This document shows, one piece after another, positions 35,271 to 43,881 of a stretch of 64,000 nucleotides of DNA. The stretch spans positions 167,136-231,135 of the forward strand of contig JAHEDK010000002.1 in assembly GCA_024641245.1 (NCBI GenBank), read 5' to 3'. The notes below the pieces were generated by a model, which saw nothing but the letters and a program-made list of their open reading frames with translations, made no database searches and was not told the DNA's origin. The first letter of the stretch is position 1; every line of letters starts with the position of its first letter. Source of the DNA: Actinomycetes bacterium. GTDB lineage: Bacteria; Actinomycetota; Acidimicrobiia; Spongiisociales; JAHEDJ01. Position numbers and translations under genes: made by a program.

Positions 35271-37669
35271 TGAAACGCGAAGAACGCTCCAAATACCTCG
35301 AGGAGTACGCAGAGGACAAGAAGAAGGGCATCCCGTTCTTCCCGGACGCCGTGTTCAAGGACGTCCTGGTTGCATTGATCGTGTTGATCATTCTCATCGG
35401 CCTCGCCTACTTCGCAGGCGCCCCGCTCGAAGAACGTGCGAATCCATCCGACAGCGACTACACACCTCGACCGGAGTGGTACTTCCTCTGGCTCTTCCAA
35501 CTGCTCAAGTACTTTCCGGGCAACCTCGAGTTCGTCGGCGTCATCCTCCTGCCTGCCCTCGGATTCGCCATCCTCTTCGCCATGCCGTACCTGGACAGGA
35601 CCAAGCTCCGTCACTTCCGCAACCGCAGTTGGGTGATGGCATCAACCGGCGTCGCCGTGGTAGCCATGGGGTTTCTCACAGTCCAATCCATCAGGGAGAC
35701 CCCGGCGCCGGCCGACGTGAGCGGCACCATCAACGCCGCCGTTCTCTTCACCGAGAATTGCTCCGTATGCCACGGCACATCGATCGATGTCCCGACCGGG
35801 ATAAACCTGCATGAGACGATTGCCGGGGGTCACGAGGGGATGCCGGCCTTCGCAGCCACTCTGTCGACCGATGAAATCGATGCCCTCGCAGGATTCCTGG
35901 TCTCTCCGCAGGGAGGGGCGATATTCACCGCCAACTGCGCGGCATGCCACGATTCGAGTGACCTCGCCGCCGCCACCCCGTTCCAGCTCCAGGACGCCCT
36001 GAATCAAGGCACCGCCTACGCGCCGCATGATGGACTCGACATACCCGACTGGTCCGAGGTCCTCTTCGGCCAGGATCGAACCGCGCTCCTCAACTTCTTG
36101 CTTGCTCCGGACGGCCAGCGCCTCTACACGCTCTACTGCTCCGAATGTCACGGAACCTCGATCAGCTGGGAAGGGGAACGAGACGAACTCGAAGCGCTCA
36201 TCCGCCAGGGCGGCAACCACCTCGAGATGACCCAGTGGAGGGACGTGCTGCCGGAGGACCAGATCACCGAACTCGCTCTGTTCGTCGTCGAACCATCCAC
36301 GGCTCCCGGGGGCGAGCAACTGTTTGCACAGCACTGCTCGAGTTGTCACGGCGTGCGGGTGCCGAGCGCTCCCGACATAGAAACCGCCTACAACATCATC
36401 GCCGACGGTGCAGAGCACCGATCGATGCCTGTCTGGGGCGACGTTCTCACCGAGGAGCAGCTAACCGCACTCACAACCTACACGCTCGAAGCCAGTCGCG
36501 GCACACCGGTCATCGTCGGCCAGCAACTGTTCGGTCAATTGTGCTCGTCGTGCCACGGTGACTTCGGTGAAGGCGGCCCGAACCCCGCCGACCCCATCAG
36601 AATCATCCCTCCGATCAGTACGGCGAGCTATTTGGAGACCCGGGACGACGCCACGTTGCGCGCCATCATCTCAAAGGGTCAGTCGGACCAGGGCATGTCG
36701 CCTTTCCTGGAGAGCGAAGGTGGACCGCTGACCGAGGACGAGGTGAATGCCGTGGTTGCGTTCCTCCGTTCGTGGGAATCGGATCCGCCGGTCGATTTGC
36801 CGCCCGATCTTGCCCGTGGACCCGTCGCGGGTGGAAGCGTGCAGGTGTATGCGGCGTTCTGCGCCCAATGCCACGGAGCAGATGGGGCAGGCGGCCCCGA
36901 TTTGGTCGGTCCTTCCTTGACCTCGGCAGAATTCCAGGATTCCTTCACCGATGAGCAACTGCACGAGGCCATCGACCTCGGCCATGCTGCTACTTCGATG
37001 ATCGCCTGGGGCGAGGTCCTCACCGCCGATCAGATCCAGGGACTCGTCGACCACATCCGCTCGCTGGGCGGACGCGGTACCCTGCAGACGATCGTCTACG
37101 AACGCGACATTGCTCCGATCTTCCAGGCGTCTTGCGCCGGTTGCCACGGGTCGTCGGGGGGTTGGGATGCATCCACCATGGAGTCCGTGATCGGCAGCGG
37201 AAGCAGCGGGCCGGCCGTCGTCGCCGGCGATCCCGACGGGAGTCATCTCGTGCAGCGCCTTCGTGGCGAGGGCAACTTGATGCCCCCGGCCGGAGCGCTG
37301 CCGGACAACCAACTCGATCTGATCGTGCAATGGATTGCCGGGGGAGCAACCGCCGAAGTGACAACAGGCGACGCGCAATCCGGCGGCGGCGACATCGGTG
37401 ATTACACGTGGACGAAGGATGTCCAGCCGATCCTGCAGGCCAGTTGCGCGGCCTGCCACGGATCGTCCGGGGGTTGGTACGCGGGGACGTACAGCTCCAC
37501 GATCAACAGCGGCGACAGCGGTCCGGCCGTCGTCCCTGGGAATGCCGACGACAGTTCGATGATCCAACGACTGCTCGGCAACGGCAACCTGATGCCGCCG
37601 GGAGCTCCGCTTTCGGAAGAACAGATCGCCGTCCTGATCTACTGGGTCAACAGCGGCGCCAAGGAATAG
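35270..37669 (+). CDS. Cytochrome b subunit IV-like domain fused to an octaheme c-type cytochrome (two C-terminal PSCyt1-like domains)
   Basis: TAATG overlap with cyt b6. Three TM helices with Qo-site PEWYF motif, then 8 CxxCH (CSVCH, CAACH, CSECH, CSSCH, CSSCH, CAQCH, CAGCH, CAACH). The last two sit in CxxCHG..GG-containing repeats. Confidence 0.8.
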   Translation: MKREERSKYLEEYAEDKKKGIPFFPDAVFKDVLVALIVLIILIGLAYFAGAPLEERANPSDSDYTPRPEWYFLWLFQLLKYFPGNLEFVGVILLPALGFAILFAMPYLDRTKLRHFRNRSWVMASTGVAVVAMGFLTVQSIRETPAPADVSGTINAAVLFTENCSVCHGTSIDVPTGINLHETIAGGHEGMPAFAATLSTDEIDALAGFLVSPQGGAIFTANCAACHDSSDLAAATPFQLQDALNQGTAYAPHDGLDIPDWSEVLFGQDRTALLNFLLAPDGQRLYTLYCSECHGTSISWEGERDELEALIRQGGNHLEMTQWRDVLPEDQITELALFVVEPSTAPGGEQLFAQHCSSCHGVRVPSAPDIETAYNIIADGAEHRSMPVWGDVLTEEQLTALTTYTLEASRGTPVIVGQQLFGQLCSSCHGDFGEGGPNPADPIRIIPPISTASYLETRDDATLRAIISKGQSDQGMSPFLESEGGPLTEDEVNAVVAFLRSWESDPPVDLPPDLARGPVAGGSVQVYAAFCAQCHGADGAGGPDLVGPSLTSAEFQDSFTDEQLHEAIDLGHAATSMIAWGEVLTADQIQGLVDHIRSLGGRGTLQTIVYERDIAPIFQASCAGCHGSSGGWDASTMESVIGSGSSGPAVVAGDPDGSHLVQRLRGEGNLMPPAGALPDNQLDLIVQWIAGGATAEVTTGDAQSGGGDIGDYTWTKDVQPILQASCAACHGSSGGWYAGTYSSTINSGDSGPAVVPGNADDSSMIQRLLGNGNLMPPGAPLSEEQIAVLIYWVNSGAKE

Positions 37670-37811
37670 TCAATACGAAGCACTCAACACGAGGTGCGGC
37701 GTTCGGCCCGTCGCGATTCGACACTCCGTCGGGTCGGGTTGCTACTCTCCACCGCACCCCGGCGCCGAGCCGGGAGTCGTACAGTAGGGTGTCGACGACG
37801 GAGCATCTGGT

Positions 37812-39608
37812 ATGGAGAAACTTCACTTCTTCGACGAGAACATCCCCTGTCTCGCCGCCTGTCCGGTCAACACGAATGCCGGCATGTACGTTGCCGCCAT
37901 CGCAGACGGACAGGATGAACTGGCCTATCTAACCGCTCGCCTCCCCAACCCGTTCGCCTCCGTCTGCGGTCGGGTTTGTGCGGCGCCATGCGAGGACGCC
38001 TGTCGGCGCGGCGAAATCGACAAGCCCATCGCCATCCGGGCGCTCAAGCGATTCGTCACCGATCAATTCGGCGTCGAATCCGGCATGGATACCTACCGGC
38101 AGGTCGCCGCCCCTGCTCTCGAGTCGCGATCACAAAGCGTCGGGATTGTCGGAGGGGGCCCGGCCGGCCTGGCCGCCGCCCACGACCTCCGCCGCCTCGG
38201 CTACGGCGTCACGCTGTACGAAGCCACCGGTCAGCTCGGCGGCATGATGCTGCTGGGGATCCCCGAGTACCGCCTTGATCGATCCCTCCTGGCGGCGGAG
38301 ATCAAGGCCATCACCGACCTGGGCGTCGAGGTTCGGTTGAACACGAAACTCGGCGATGGCATCACGCTCGATGACCTCCGCCGGCAGCACGATGCCCTAT
38401 TCGTGGCCATCGGGGCGACCCTCGGACGCGGACTCGACCTCGAAGGCCACGACGCAGACGGGGTGTTGAAGGCGATCGAGTACCTGATCAACGCCAACCA
38501 GGGGTTCGCAACCGACGTCGGTCAGAAGGTGGTCGTAATCGGTGGCGGCGACGTGGCGATGGATGCAGCAAGGACCGCGCTACGAGCTGCAACCTACGAT
38601 GAGATCGCCCGCCGCCATGCCGAATACGACGAAGAGGACGGGCGCTCATCCATGACGGAAGCCCTCGACGTGGCTCGCACGGCTGCCCGGACTGGTGCTC
38701 AGGACATAACCATCATGTCACTCGAGGCCAAACACGAGATGCCGGCGTCGGAGTTCGAGGTCGAAGAGGCCGAGCACGAGGACATCAAGTTTGTCAACCG
38801 GCGCGGTCCCGCCCGGATACTCACCGCCGATGGCAAGGTCACCGGCATCGAGACGATCGGGGTCACGCGCGTTTTCGACGAGAACGGCCGGTTCTCCCCT
38901 GAATTCGACGATGCAGATCGGCTGACGCTGGAGGCAGACACCATCATCATGGCTATCGGCCAGGCGATCGATGTTGAGGCACTGGGAGCGAACGGCCCTG
39001 AGTTGAGTCCTCGCAAGACAATCCAAGTGGGTGAGGACAGCCTGGCGACTTCGCTTCCGATGGTATGGGCCGGCGGCGATGCAGCCAGGGGCCCGCGCAC
39101 TCTCATCGATGCGATCGCAGACGGCCGGATTGCGGCCCGTGAGATCCACGAGGCGTTTGGCGGCAGCTTCGCCGAGCAGGATACCGGAACCATGGTGCAA
39201 CTGGACCAGTTCCACCGTCTCGACGACATCTACGACCGGGTCCCCCGGGTCGCCGTGCCCACGCTGCCGACGGACCGGCGCATCGGTCTGGCAGAAGTCG
39301 AAACAGGGTTCACCGTCGAAGAGGCCAGGTGTGAGGCACAGAGGTGTCTGCGCTGCTTCGCCAACATCCTGCTCGATACCGACATTTGTGTTTTATGCGC
39401 GCTGTGCGCCGACGTCTGCCCGCTCGACCTGATTTCGCTGGTTCCCTCGGAGGACATTCACCCAGACGAGCCGGGTGGCACGGCGTTAATGTTGAACGAG
39501 CAAAGCTGCATCCGTTGCGCGCTGTGTATTGAGCGATGCCCGACAGATGCACTGTCGATGGGACTGTGGACCGGAGTGGGAGTGCCGAAATTGGGAGCAC
39601 CGGTATGA
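37812..39608 (+). CDS. GltD-like NAD(P)H-dependent FAD/iron-sulfur oxidoreductase with C-terminal 2x[4Fe-4S] ferredoxin domain
   Basis: N-terminal Cys cluster (CLAACPVNTN, CGRVCAAPCEDAC). Two dinucleotide-binding GxGxxG motifs (VGGGPAGLAAA, VIGGGDVAMDAA). C-terminal CLRCF...CVLCALCADVCP and CIRCALCIERCP. Confidence 0.8.
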   Translation: MEKLHFFDENIPCLAACPVNTNAGMYVAAIADGQDELAYLTARLPNPFASVCGRVCAAPCEDACRRGEIDKPIAIRALKRFVTDQFGVESGMDTYRQVAAPALESRSQSVGIVGGGPAGLAAAHDLRRLGYGVTLYEATGQLGGMMLLGIPEYRLDRSLLAAEIKAITDLGVEVRLNTKLGDGITLDDLRRQHDALFVAIGATLGRGLDLEGHDADGVLKAIEYLINANQGFATDVGQKVVVIGGGDVAMDAARTALRAATYDEIARRHAEYDEEDGRSSMTEALDVARTAARTGAQDITIMSLEAKHEMPASEFEVEEAEHEDIKFVNRRGPARILTADGKVTGIETIGVTRVFDENGRFSPEFDDADRLTLEADTIIMAIGQAIDVEALGANGPELSPRKTIQVGEDSLATSLPMVWAGGDAARGPRTLIDAIADGRIAAREIHEAFGGSFAEQDTGTMVQLDQFHRLDDIYDRVPRVAVPTLPTDRRIGLAEVETGFTVEEARCEAQRCLRCFANILLDTDICVLCALCADVCPLDLISLVPSEDIHPDEPGGTALMLNEQSCIRCALCIERCPTDALSMGLWTGVGVPKLGAPV

Positions 39609-40342
39609 CATTGGGCCAACGAATCCGCGAAAGCACGATAGGTCGTTCGATCTGGCGCGCCACCGACCGAACCACCGAACGCGACCAGGCGGCCGGTCAC
39701 TGGGCGAACTTCTTTCTGCACATCTACCCGGTGAAAGTGCGCAAGAAGGAGATCACGTTCCGCTATTCCTGGTATCTAGGTGTGGCGTCGGTGGTCCTGT
39801 TCGGATCGCTGATCGTTTCGGGCATCTACCTGATGTTCTTCTACGTCCCGTCGCCTGCCCAGGCCTACGGCGACATCCTCAACCTGCAAACGCGGGTCGC
39901 GTTCGGACAGTACATCCGCAACGTGCACCGCTGGTCGGCTCACCTCATGGTGCTGGTGGTGGCCGCGCACATGGCCCGGGTGTTTTATCGAGGGGCATAC
40001 AAGAAACCCCGCGAATTCAACTGGGGTATCGGCGTGATCCTCCTCGTGCTCACGCTGCTCCTTTCGTTCACCGGCTACCTGCTCCCCTGGGACCAGCTCG
40101 CCTACTGGGCGGTCACGGTCGGCACCGAGATGGCCGCCTTCGTCCCGCTGATCGGGGACACCGTCAAGGAAATGATGCTGGGTGGGCCGGTGGTTGCTTC
40201 GTCGACGCTGCTGCGGTTCTACGTTCTGCATGTCGCCGTTCTGCCCACGGCTGTCGTTCTCCTCATCACAATCCATATGTGGAGATGGCGCAAAGACAGC
40301 ATGCTCGACGCGGCGAAGGAGGGTGTTGATGTCGACGCCTAG
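39605..40342 (+). CDS. Cytochrome b6-like di-heme b subunit, module 2
   Basis: ATGA overlap with the GltD-like gene. Heme-ligand His pairs (HRWSAHLMVLVVAAH; LHVAVLPTAVVLLITIH). PWDQLAYW motif. Confidence 0.85.
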   Translation: MTLGQRIRESTIGRSIWRATDRTTERDQAAGHWANFFLHIYPVKVRKKEITFRYSWYLGVASVVLFGSLIVSGIYLMFFYVPSPAQAYGDILNLQTRVAFGQYIRNVHRWSAHLMVLVVAAHMARVFYRGAYKKPREFNWGIGVILLVLTLLLSFTGYLLPWDQLAYWAVTVGTEMAAFVPLIGDTVKEMMLGGPVVASSTLLRFYVLHVAVLPTAVVLLITIHMWRWRKDSMLDAAKEGVDVDA

Positions 40343-40865
40343 ACCAGATCAGGAAAATCCTGAGATCGTCGCCGGACAACGGGTGCTCGGGGTTGTTCCA
40401 GGCAAGCCGCCGGGCGGCGACCGCAAGGTTCTGAGCGAGCAGGAACCGGTCATGGTCTGGCCGCACCTACTCGTCCGCCACGGGGTGGCGGCGCTGGTGG
40501 TCATCGCCGTCGTTCTGGTGCTTGCCATATTCTTCGATGCCCCGCTGCGTGAGATCGCCAACCCCACGCTGACGCCCAACCCGGAAAAGGCCCCCTGGTA
40601 TTTCGCGGCGCTCCAGGAGCTGCTCTCGATGTTCCATCCGCTGGTGGCCGGTGTGCTGGTCCCGGGCGCCATCGTCCTCGGGCTCTTCGCGCTTCCGTAT
40701 GTGGATCGGACTTCGACGATCGAGCCGCGGTTCCGCAAGGTGGCGGTGGCGACGTTCACGATCTTCATGGTCGTGTGGATAGTCCTGACGGTTATCGGAT
40801 TCGCCTTCCGCGGCCCCAACTGGGGTTGGGTGTGGCCATGGCAAGAGTGGTACGGAGAGCTATGA
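40329..40865 (+). CDS. Cytochrome b subunit IV-like protein, module 2 (variant Qo motif APWY)
   Basis: Start overlaps the cyt b6 stop. Three TM helices. TPNPEKAPWYF replaces the PEWY box. Confidence 0.75.
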   Translation: MSTPRPDQENPEIVAGQRVLGVVPGKPPGGDRKVLSEQEPVMVWPHLLVRHGVAALVVIAVVLVLAIFFDAPLREIANPTLTPNPEKAPWYFAALQELLSMFHPLVAGVLVPGAIVLGLFALPYVDRTSTIEPRFRKVAVATFTIFMVVWIVLTVIGFAFRGPNWGWVWPWQEWYGEL

Positions 40866-41368
40866 GCAACGGAATCGGTCGGAGAGAATTCCTATCCCGG
40901 GCCTGGAAGTGGGGTGCCGCCCTCATCGGTGTCGCCGGCGGTTGGACCACGTGGGATATCCTGCAGCCCCGGGTCACCGGAGGCTTTGGTGGCGTCATCA
41001 AGACCAAGGCAGCCGACACAGTGCCGGACACCAACGTCGAATCCATCCGGGCCGCCAGAACCTACCTGACGAAGATCGACGGGCAGGTTGTAGCCCTCTC
41101 CGAGAAATGCCCGCACCTCGGTTGCCGGGTGCCGTGGTGTGATTCGTCCGGACAGTTCGAGTGCCCGTGCCACGGCTCGGTCTTCAACCGGGCGGGCGAG
41201 TACCGCGCAGGGCCCGCTCCCCGCGGAATGGACCGCTACGAGTTCGAGACGATCGACGGCATCGTCTACGTAGACACCGGAGCACCGGTATCCGGGCCGG
41301 CAATCGGTGTGGAGACCCTCAACGAACCCGTACGAGGGCCATCGTGTGAGGACAGCTCCCATGGGTGA
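40862..41368 (+). CDS. Rieske [2Fe-2S] protein, module 2, Tat-targeted
   Basis: ATGA overlap. RREFLSRA signal. CPHLGC ... CPCHGSVF boxes. Confidence 0.85.
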   Translation: MSNGIGRREFLSRAWKWGAALIGVAGGWTTWDILQPRVTGGFGGVIKTKAADTVPDTNVESIRAARTYLTKIDGQVVALSEKCPHLGCRVPWCDSSGQFECPCHGSVFNRAGEYRAGPAPRGMDRYEFETIDGIVYVDTGAPVSGPAIGVETLNEPVRGPSCEDSSHG

Positions 41369-41825
41369 GCGTCCGGTTGACCAGGAACTCGAACAGTCGA
41401 CCGTCAGATGGATGCAGGCCGGACTGGCCCTGATGGTCGTCCTGGTGCTGGCGTTTCCCGCCTACCGGCTCCTCGAACCTACCAACCGCGAAGAAGCACG
41501 CGACCTCTTGACGGAAGAACTCGCCGTCCAGGGCGAAGAGCTATTCGCGGGGCAGTGCGCCTCCTGTCACGGCGAAAAGGGGCTGAATGGACCGATCGGT
41601 CCGTCGCTCAACTCGAAGCAGTTCCTGGAGGCGGCCACCGACAGCCAGATCATCAGCCTCGTCTCGGTCGGCGTCCCGGGCTCTCAGATGGGCGCCTACT
41701 CGATCGACTTCGGAGGCCCACTGACACTCGAGCAAATCACCGGCATCGCAACCTATCTGCGCTCGCTGGAGAAAGACGCCCCGGACAATCCTGACTGGCG
41801 AGCAGTAGTAACGCCGGGGAGCTAG
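41361..41825 (+). CDS. Membrane-anchored monoheme c-type cytochrome (c6/c553-like)
   Basis: Start overlaps the Rieske stop. N-terminal TM helix. Single CASCHG heme site. Confidence 0.7.
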   Translation: MGERPVDQELEQSTVRWMQAGLALMVVLVLAFPAYRLLEPTNREEARDLLTEELAVQGEELFAGQCASCHGEKGLNGPIGPSLNSKQFLEAATDSQIISLVSVGVPGSQMGAYSIDFGGPLTLEQITGIATYLRSLEKDAPDNPDWRAVVTPGS

Positions 41826-41879
41826 TCGCGGGTTGCTAGTCGCGGGTTGCTAGCTCACAGGCGACCCTCTCGCGCGTTT

Positions 41880-41901
41880 CTCCCCCGCACCGGCGGGGGA
41901 G
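41880..41901. terminator. Possible bidirectional terminator hairpin (CTCCCCCGC-ACCG-GCGGGGGAG) between convergent cytochrome c and ccmE genes
   Basis: Perfect 9-bp GC stem. Preceded by a 14-bp direct repeat (TAGTCGCGGGTTGC x2 at 41823-41850). No U-tract. Confidence 0.3.
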
Positions 41902-41948
41902 ATGCCGAGGTCCACGAGGCAGAGGGGGTTACTCGCGACCGCGACCCG

Positions 41949-42371
41949 CTACGCGTCCGTCGGGACCTCGTAGGGGTGCCCTTCGTCCTCGGGCGCTTGG
42001 TACTGCTCGTCGTGTTTGACGACCAGCTGGTCGCTGCGGAAGACGTCACCGTCCCAGGCGCCTTCGACGATCGCACCGACGCCTTCGCGGAACAGTTCCG
42101 GTGGGGCTCCCTGGTGCACGATGTGCACTTCATGGGCACCGTCGGACACGGTGAACTCGACTCCATCCGAGGTGGCAACCAGTGTCCCGACTTCGACCTG
42201 ACCGCCGAGCCGGAACCGCTCACCATCGGGGAACTGAGCCCTCTGCTCGATAGCTTCGTTGGGGGTCAAGTAGTAGACGAGGTTCTCGCCGAGGCTGAGA
42301 AACACCATCCATCCGATGATCACAACGATCGCTCCGATGGCGGGAAGTACGAACCAGCGATATCGAGTCAT
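41949..42371 (-). CDS. ccmE: Cytochrome c maturation heme chaperone CcmE
   Basis: N-terminal anchor, OB-fold, C-terminal VVKHDEQY heme-binding motif. Confidence 0.85.
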   Translation of the reverse strand: MTRYRWFVLPAIGAIVVIIGWMVFLSLGENLVYYLTPNEAIEQRAQFPDGERFRLGGQVEVGTLVATSDGVEFTVSDGAHEVHIVHQGAPPELFREGVGAIVEGAWDGDVFRSDQLVVKHDEQYQAPEDEGHPYEVPTDA

Positions 42372-42372
42372 G

Positions 42373-42486
42373 TCAGCCCTCCACCCGGCGGCGGACGCTG
42401 CGCAGGCGCACAGTCAAGAACACCGCATATCCGATCATGAAGCCGTACACCACCGTGTAGGCAAAAACGACCCATCCGTTAGACAT
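42373..42486 (-). CDS. ccmD: Heme exporter protein CcmD (37 aa, single TM)
   Basis: Not in the ORF track. Translation is MSNGWVVFAYTVVYGFMIGYAVFLTVRLRSVRRRVEG. Its start overlaps the ccmC end, and its stop abuts the ccmE start. Confidence 0.55.
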   Translation of the reverse strand: MSNGWVVFAYTVVYGFMIGYAVFLTVRLRSVRRRVEG

Positions 42487-43204
42487 CTCGCACCTTCTCG
42501 AGGTTGGGAGCCGTGATGGCGGCACCGGCGGGCGTGGCATCAGCGGCGGCGGATTGTTCTTCGAGTTGTTCCTCGCCCCTGGCGATGGCCGTCTTGACGC
42601 TCATGAAGGCGAGATAGACCACGGTGAACGCTCCAACGTTGCTGAGCAACGCCAGCAGGATCTCTCCATCGATCGGAGAATCCGGTCGCACCACCGTGAT
42701 CCCCTGGTGCAACGTGCGAACGATGATCACCGAAACGTAGGACAGCGGCACGAGGAAGAAGGCCACGATGCCCAGCACCGCGGATCTCGTCGCCCGCATG
42801 GCCGGGTCGGGAATGCTGCGGCGCAAAGCCAGGTAACCGAGGTAGACGAAGAACATGAGGGCCGTCGTCATCATGCGGGCATCGCCCCAGTCCCAGAACG
42901 TCCCCCACACCGGGTAACCCCAGATCATGCCGGTCATGAGCGCCAGCGCGGTGAAGAACACGCCGACCGAGACGCTGGACTCGGCGATTCGATCGTAAAC
43001 GGGCTTGCGTCTCGCCAGCCACAGGATCGAGGCGGCGAACGTCACAAGAAACGAGAGGTAGGCAAGCCACGCCGAAGGTACGTGCACGTACATGATGCGG
43101 GTGTAGTCGCCCTGCAACTGATCGAGCGGCGCCTGGCCACCGAAGTAGAAGCCGACCAGCACCGCTGCCAGTGCGATCAACCCGAGTATTCGATGTCTAT
43201 TCAA
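42479..43204 (-). CDS. ccmC: Heme exporter protein CcmC
   Basis: WWD domain (GYPVWGTFWDWGD) and conserved His. Confidence 0.85.
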   Translation of the reverse strand: MNRHRILGLIALAAVLVGFYFGGQAPLDQLQGDYTRIMYVHVPSAWLAYLSFLVTFAASILWLARRKPVYDRIAESSVSVGVFFTALALMTGMIWGYPVWGTFWDWGDARMMTTALMFFVYLGYLALRRSIPDPAMRATRSAVLGIVAFFLVPLSYVSVIIVRTLHQGITVVRPDSPIDGEILLALLSNVGAFTVVYLAFMSVKTAIARGEEQLEEQSAAADATPAGAAITAPNLEKVRDV

Positions 43205-43881
43205 CGTGAGGCCTCCTCGAGGAATCGGGCGGTCAGCACACCTACCACTGCCAGCCCGAGTACCACGGCAAGTAGCAGAAGGATGGGAGTGAGGATACTT
43301 GACTTCTGAGCCAACGCTTCATACGTCTGTGATGCTCCGACGAGCAGCGGCAACGCCAGCGGTGCCACCAGCAGCGGTGCCAGCGTGTTACGAGAGCGCA
43401 GACCGGCCGTGATACCGGAGGCGAGCGTACCGATGAGCGCCAGGCCGACGGCCATCAGCAGAAGGACCAAAATCAGGATCGCCCACCCCTCTACCGGGTC
43501 CGGGTTGTAGAGGATGATCGTGGCGGGCGCAAGCACTCCTTCGAACACGAGCAACAGGAGGACGCTCGCCACAACCCTGCCCGCGAACTGCGCGGCCGGG
43601 TCCACGCCGAGCAACACCATCATCTCGCGATTGGCCGAACTCTCTGTGGCCGACTGGCGGAACGTGACCAGCATCCCGAACAGCAGGGTCACGACCCAGA
43701 ACATGCCCGGTCCGATCGAGGCGATGAGTGGACGGTCGGTCCCGATCGCCAGCGGGATGAGCAGCAGCGCAACCGCTCCAAACGGGATCGTGATGTTCAG
43801 GACCTCGCCGGTCCGTCCTTCGACCCGCAGATCCTTCAACCCGATCTCATATGCCTGGCCCCAGAACGACGGACCGCTCAT
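43201..43881 (-). CDS. ccmB: Heme exporter permease CcmB
   Basis: Six-TM ABC-2-type permease in a ccm context. Overlaps ccmC and ccmA by 4 nt each. Confidence 0.8.
   Translation of the reverse strand: MSGPSFWGQAYEIGLKDLRVEGRTGEVLNITIPFGAVALLLIPLAIGTDRPLIASIGPGMFWVVTLLFGMLVTFRQSATESSANREMMVLLGVDPAAQFAGRVVASVLLLLVFEGVLAPATIILYNPDPVEGWAILILVLLLMAVGLALIGTLASGITAGLRSRNTLAPLLVAPLALPLLVGASQTYEALAQKSSILTPILLLLAVVLGLAVVGVLTARFLEEASR

Noticed and set aside
37812-39608. Calling the GltD-like gene a genuine glutamate synthase small subunit
   Set aside because: No GltB partner is adjacent. It is translationally embedded between cytochrome bc genes and carries an extra C-terminal di-cluster ferredoxin domain, so I annotated it as a GltD-family oxidoreductase only.
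41823-41850. Direct repeat TAGTCGCGGGTTGC x2 as a mobile element end
   Set aside because: Only two short copies, no transposase and no target duplication; more likely slippage in a terminator region.
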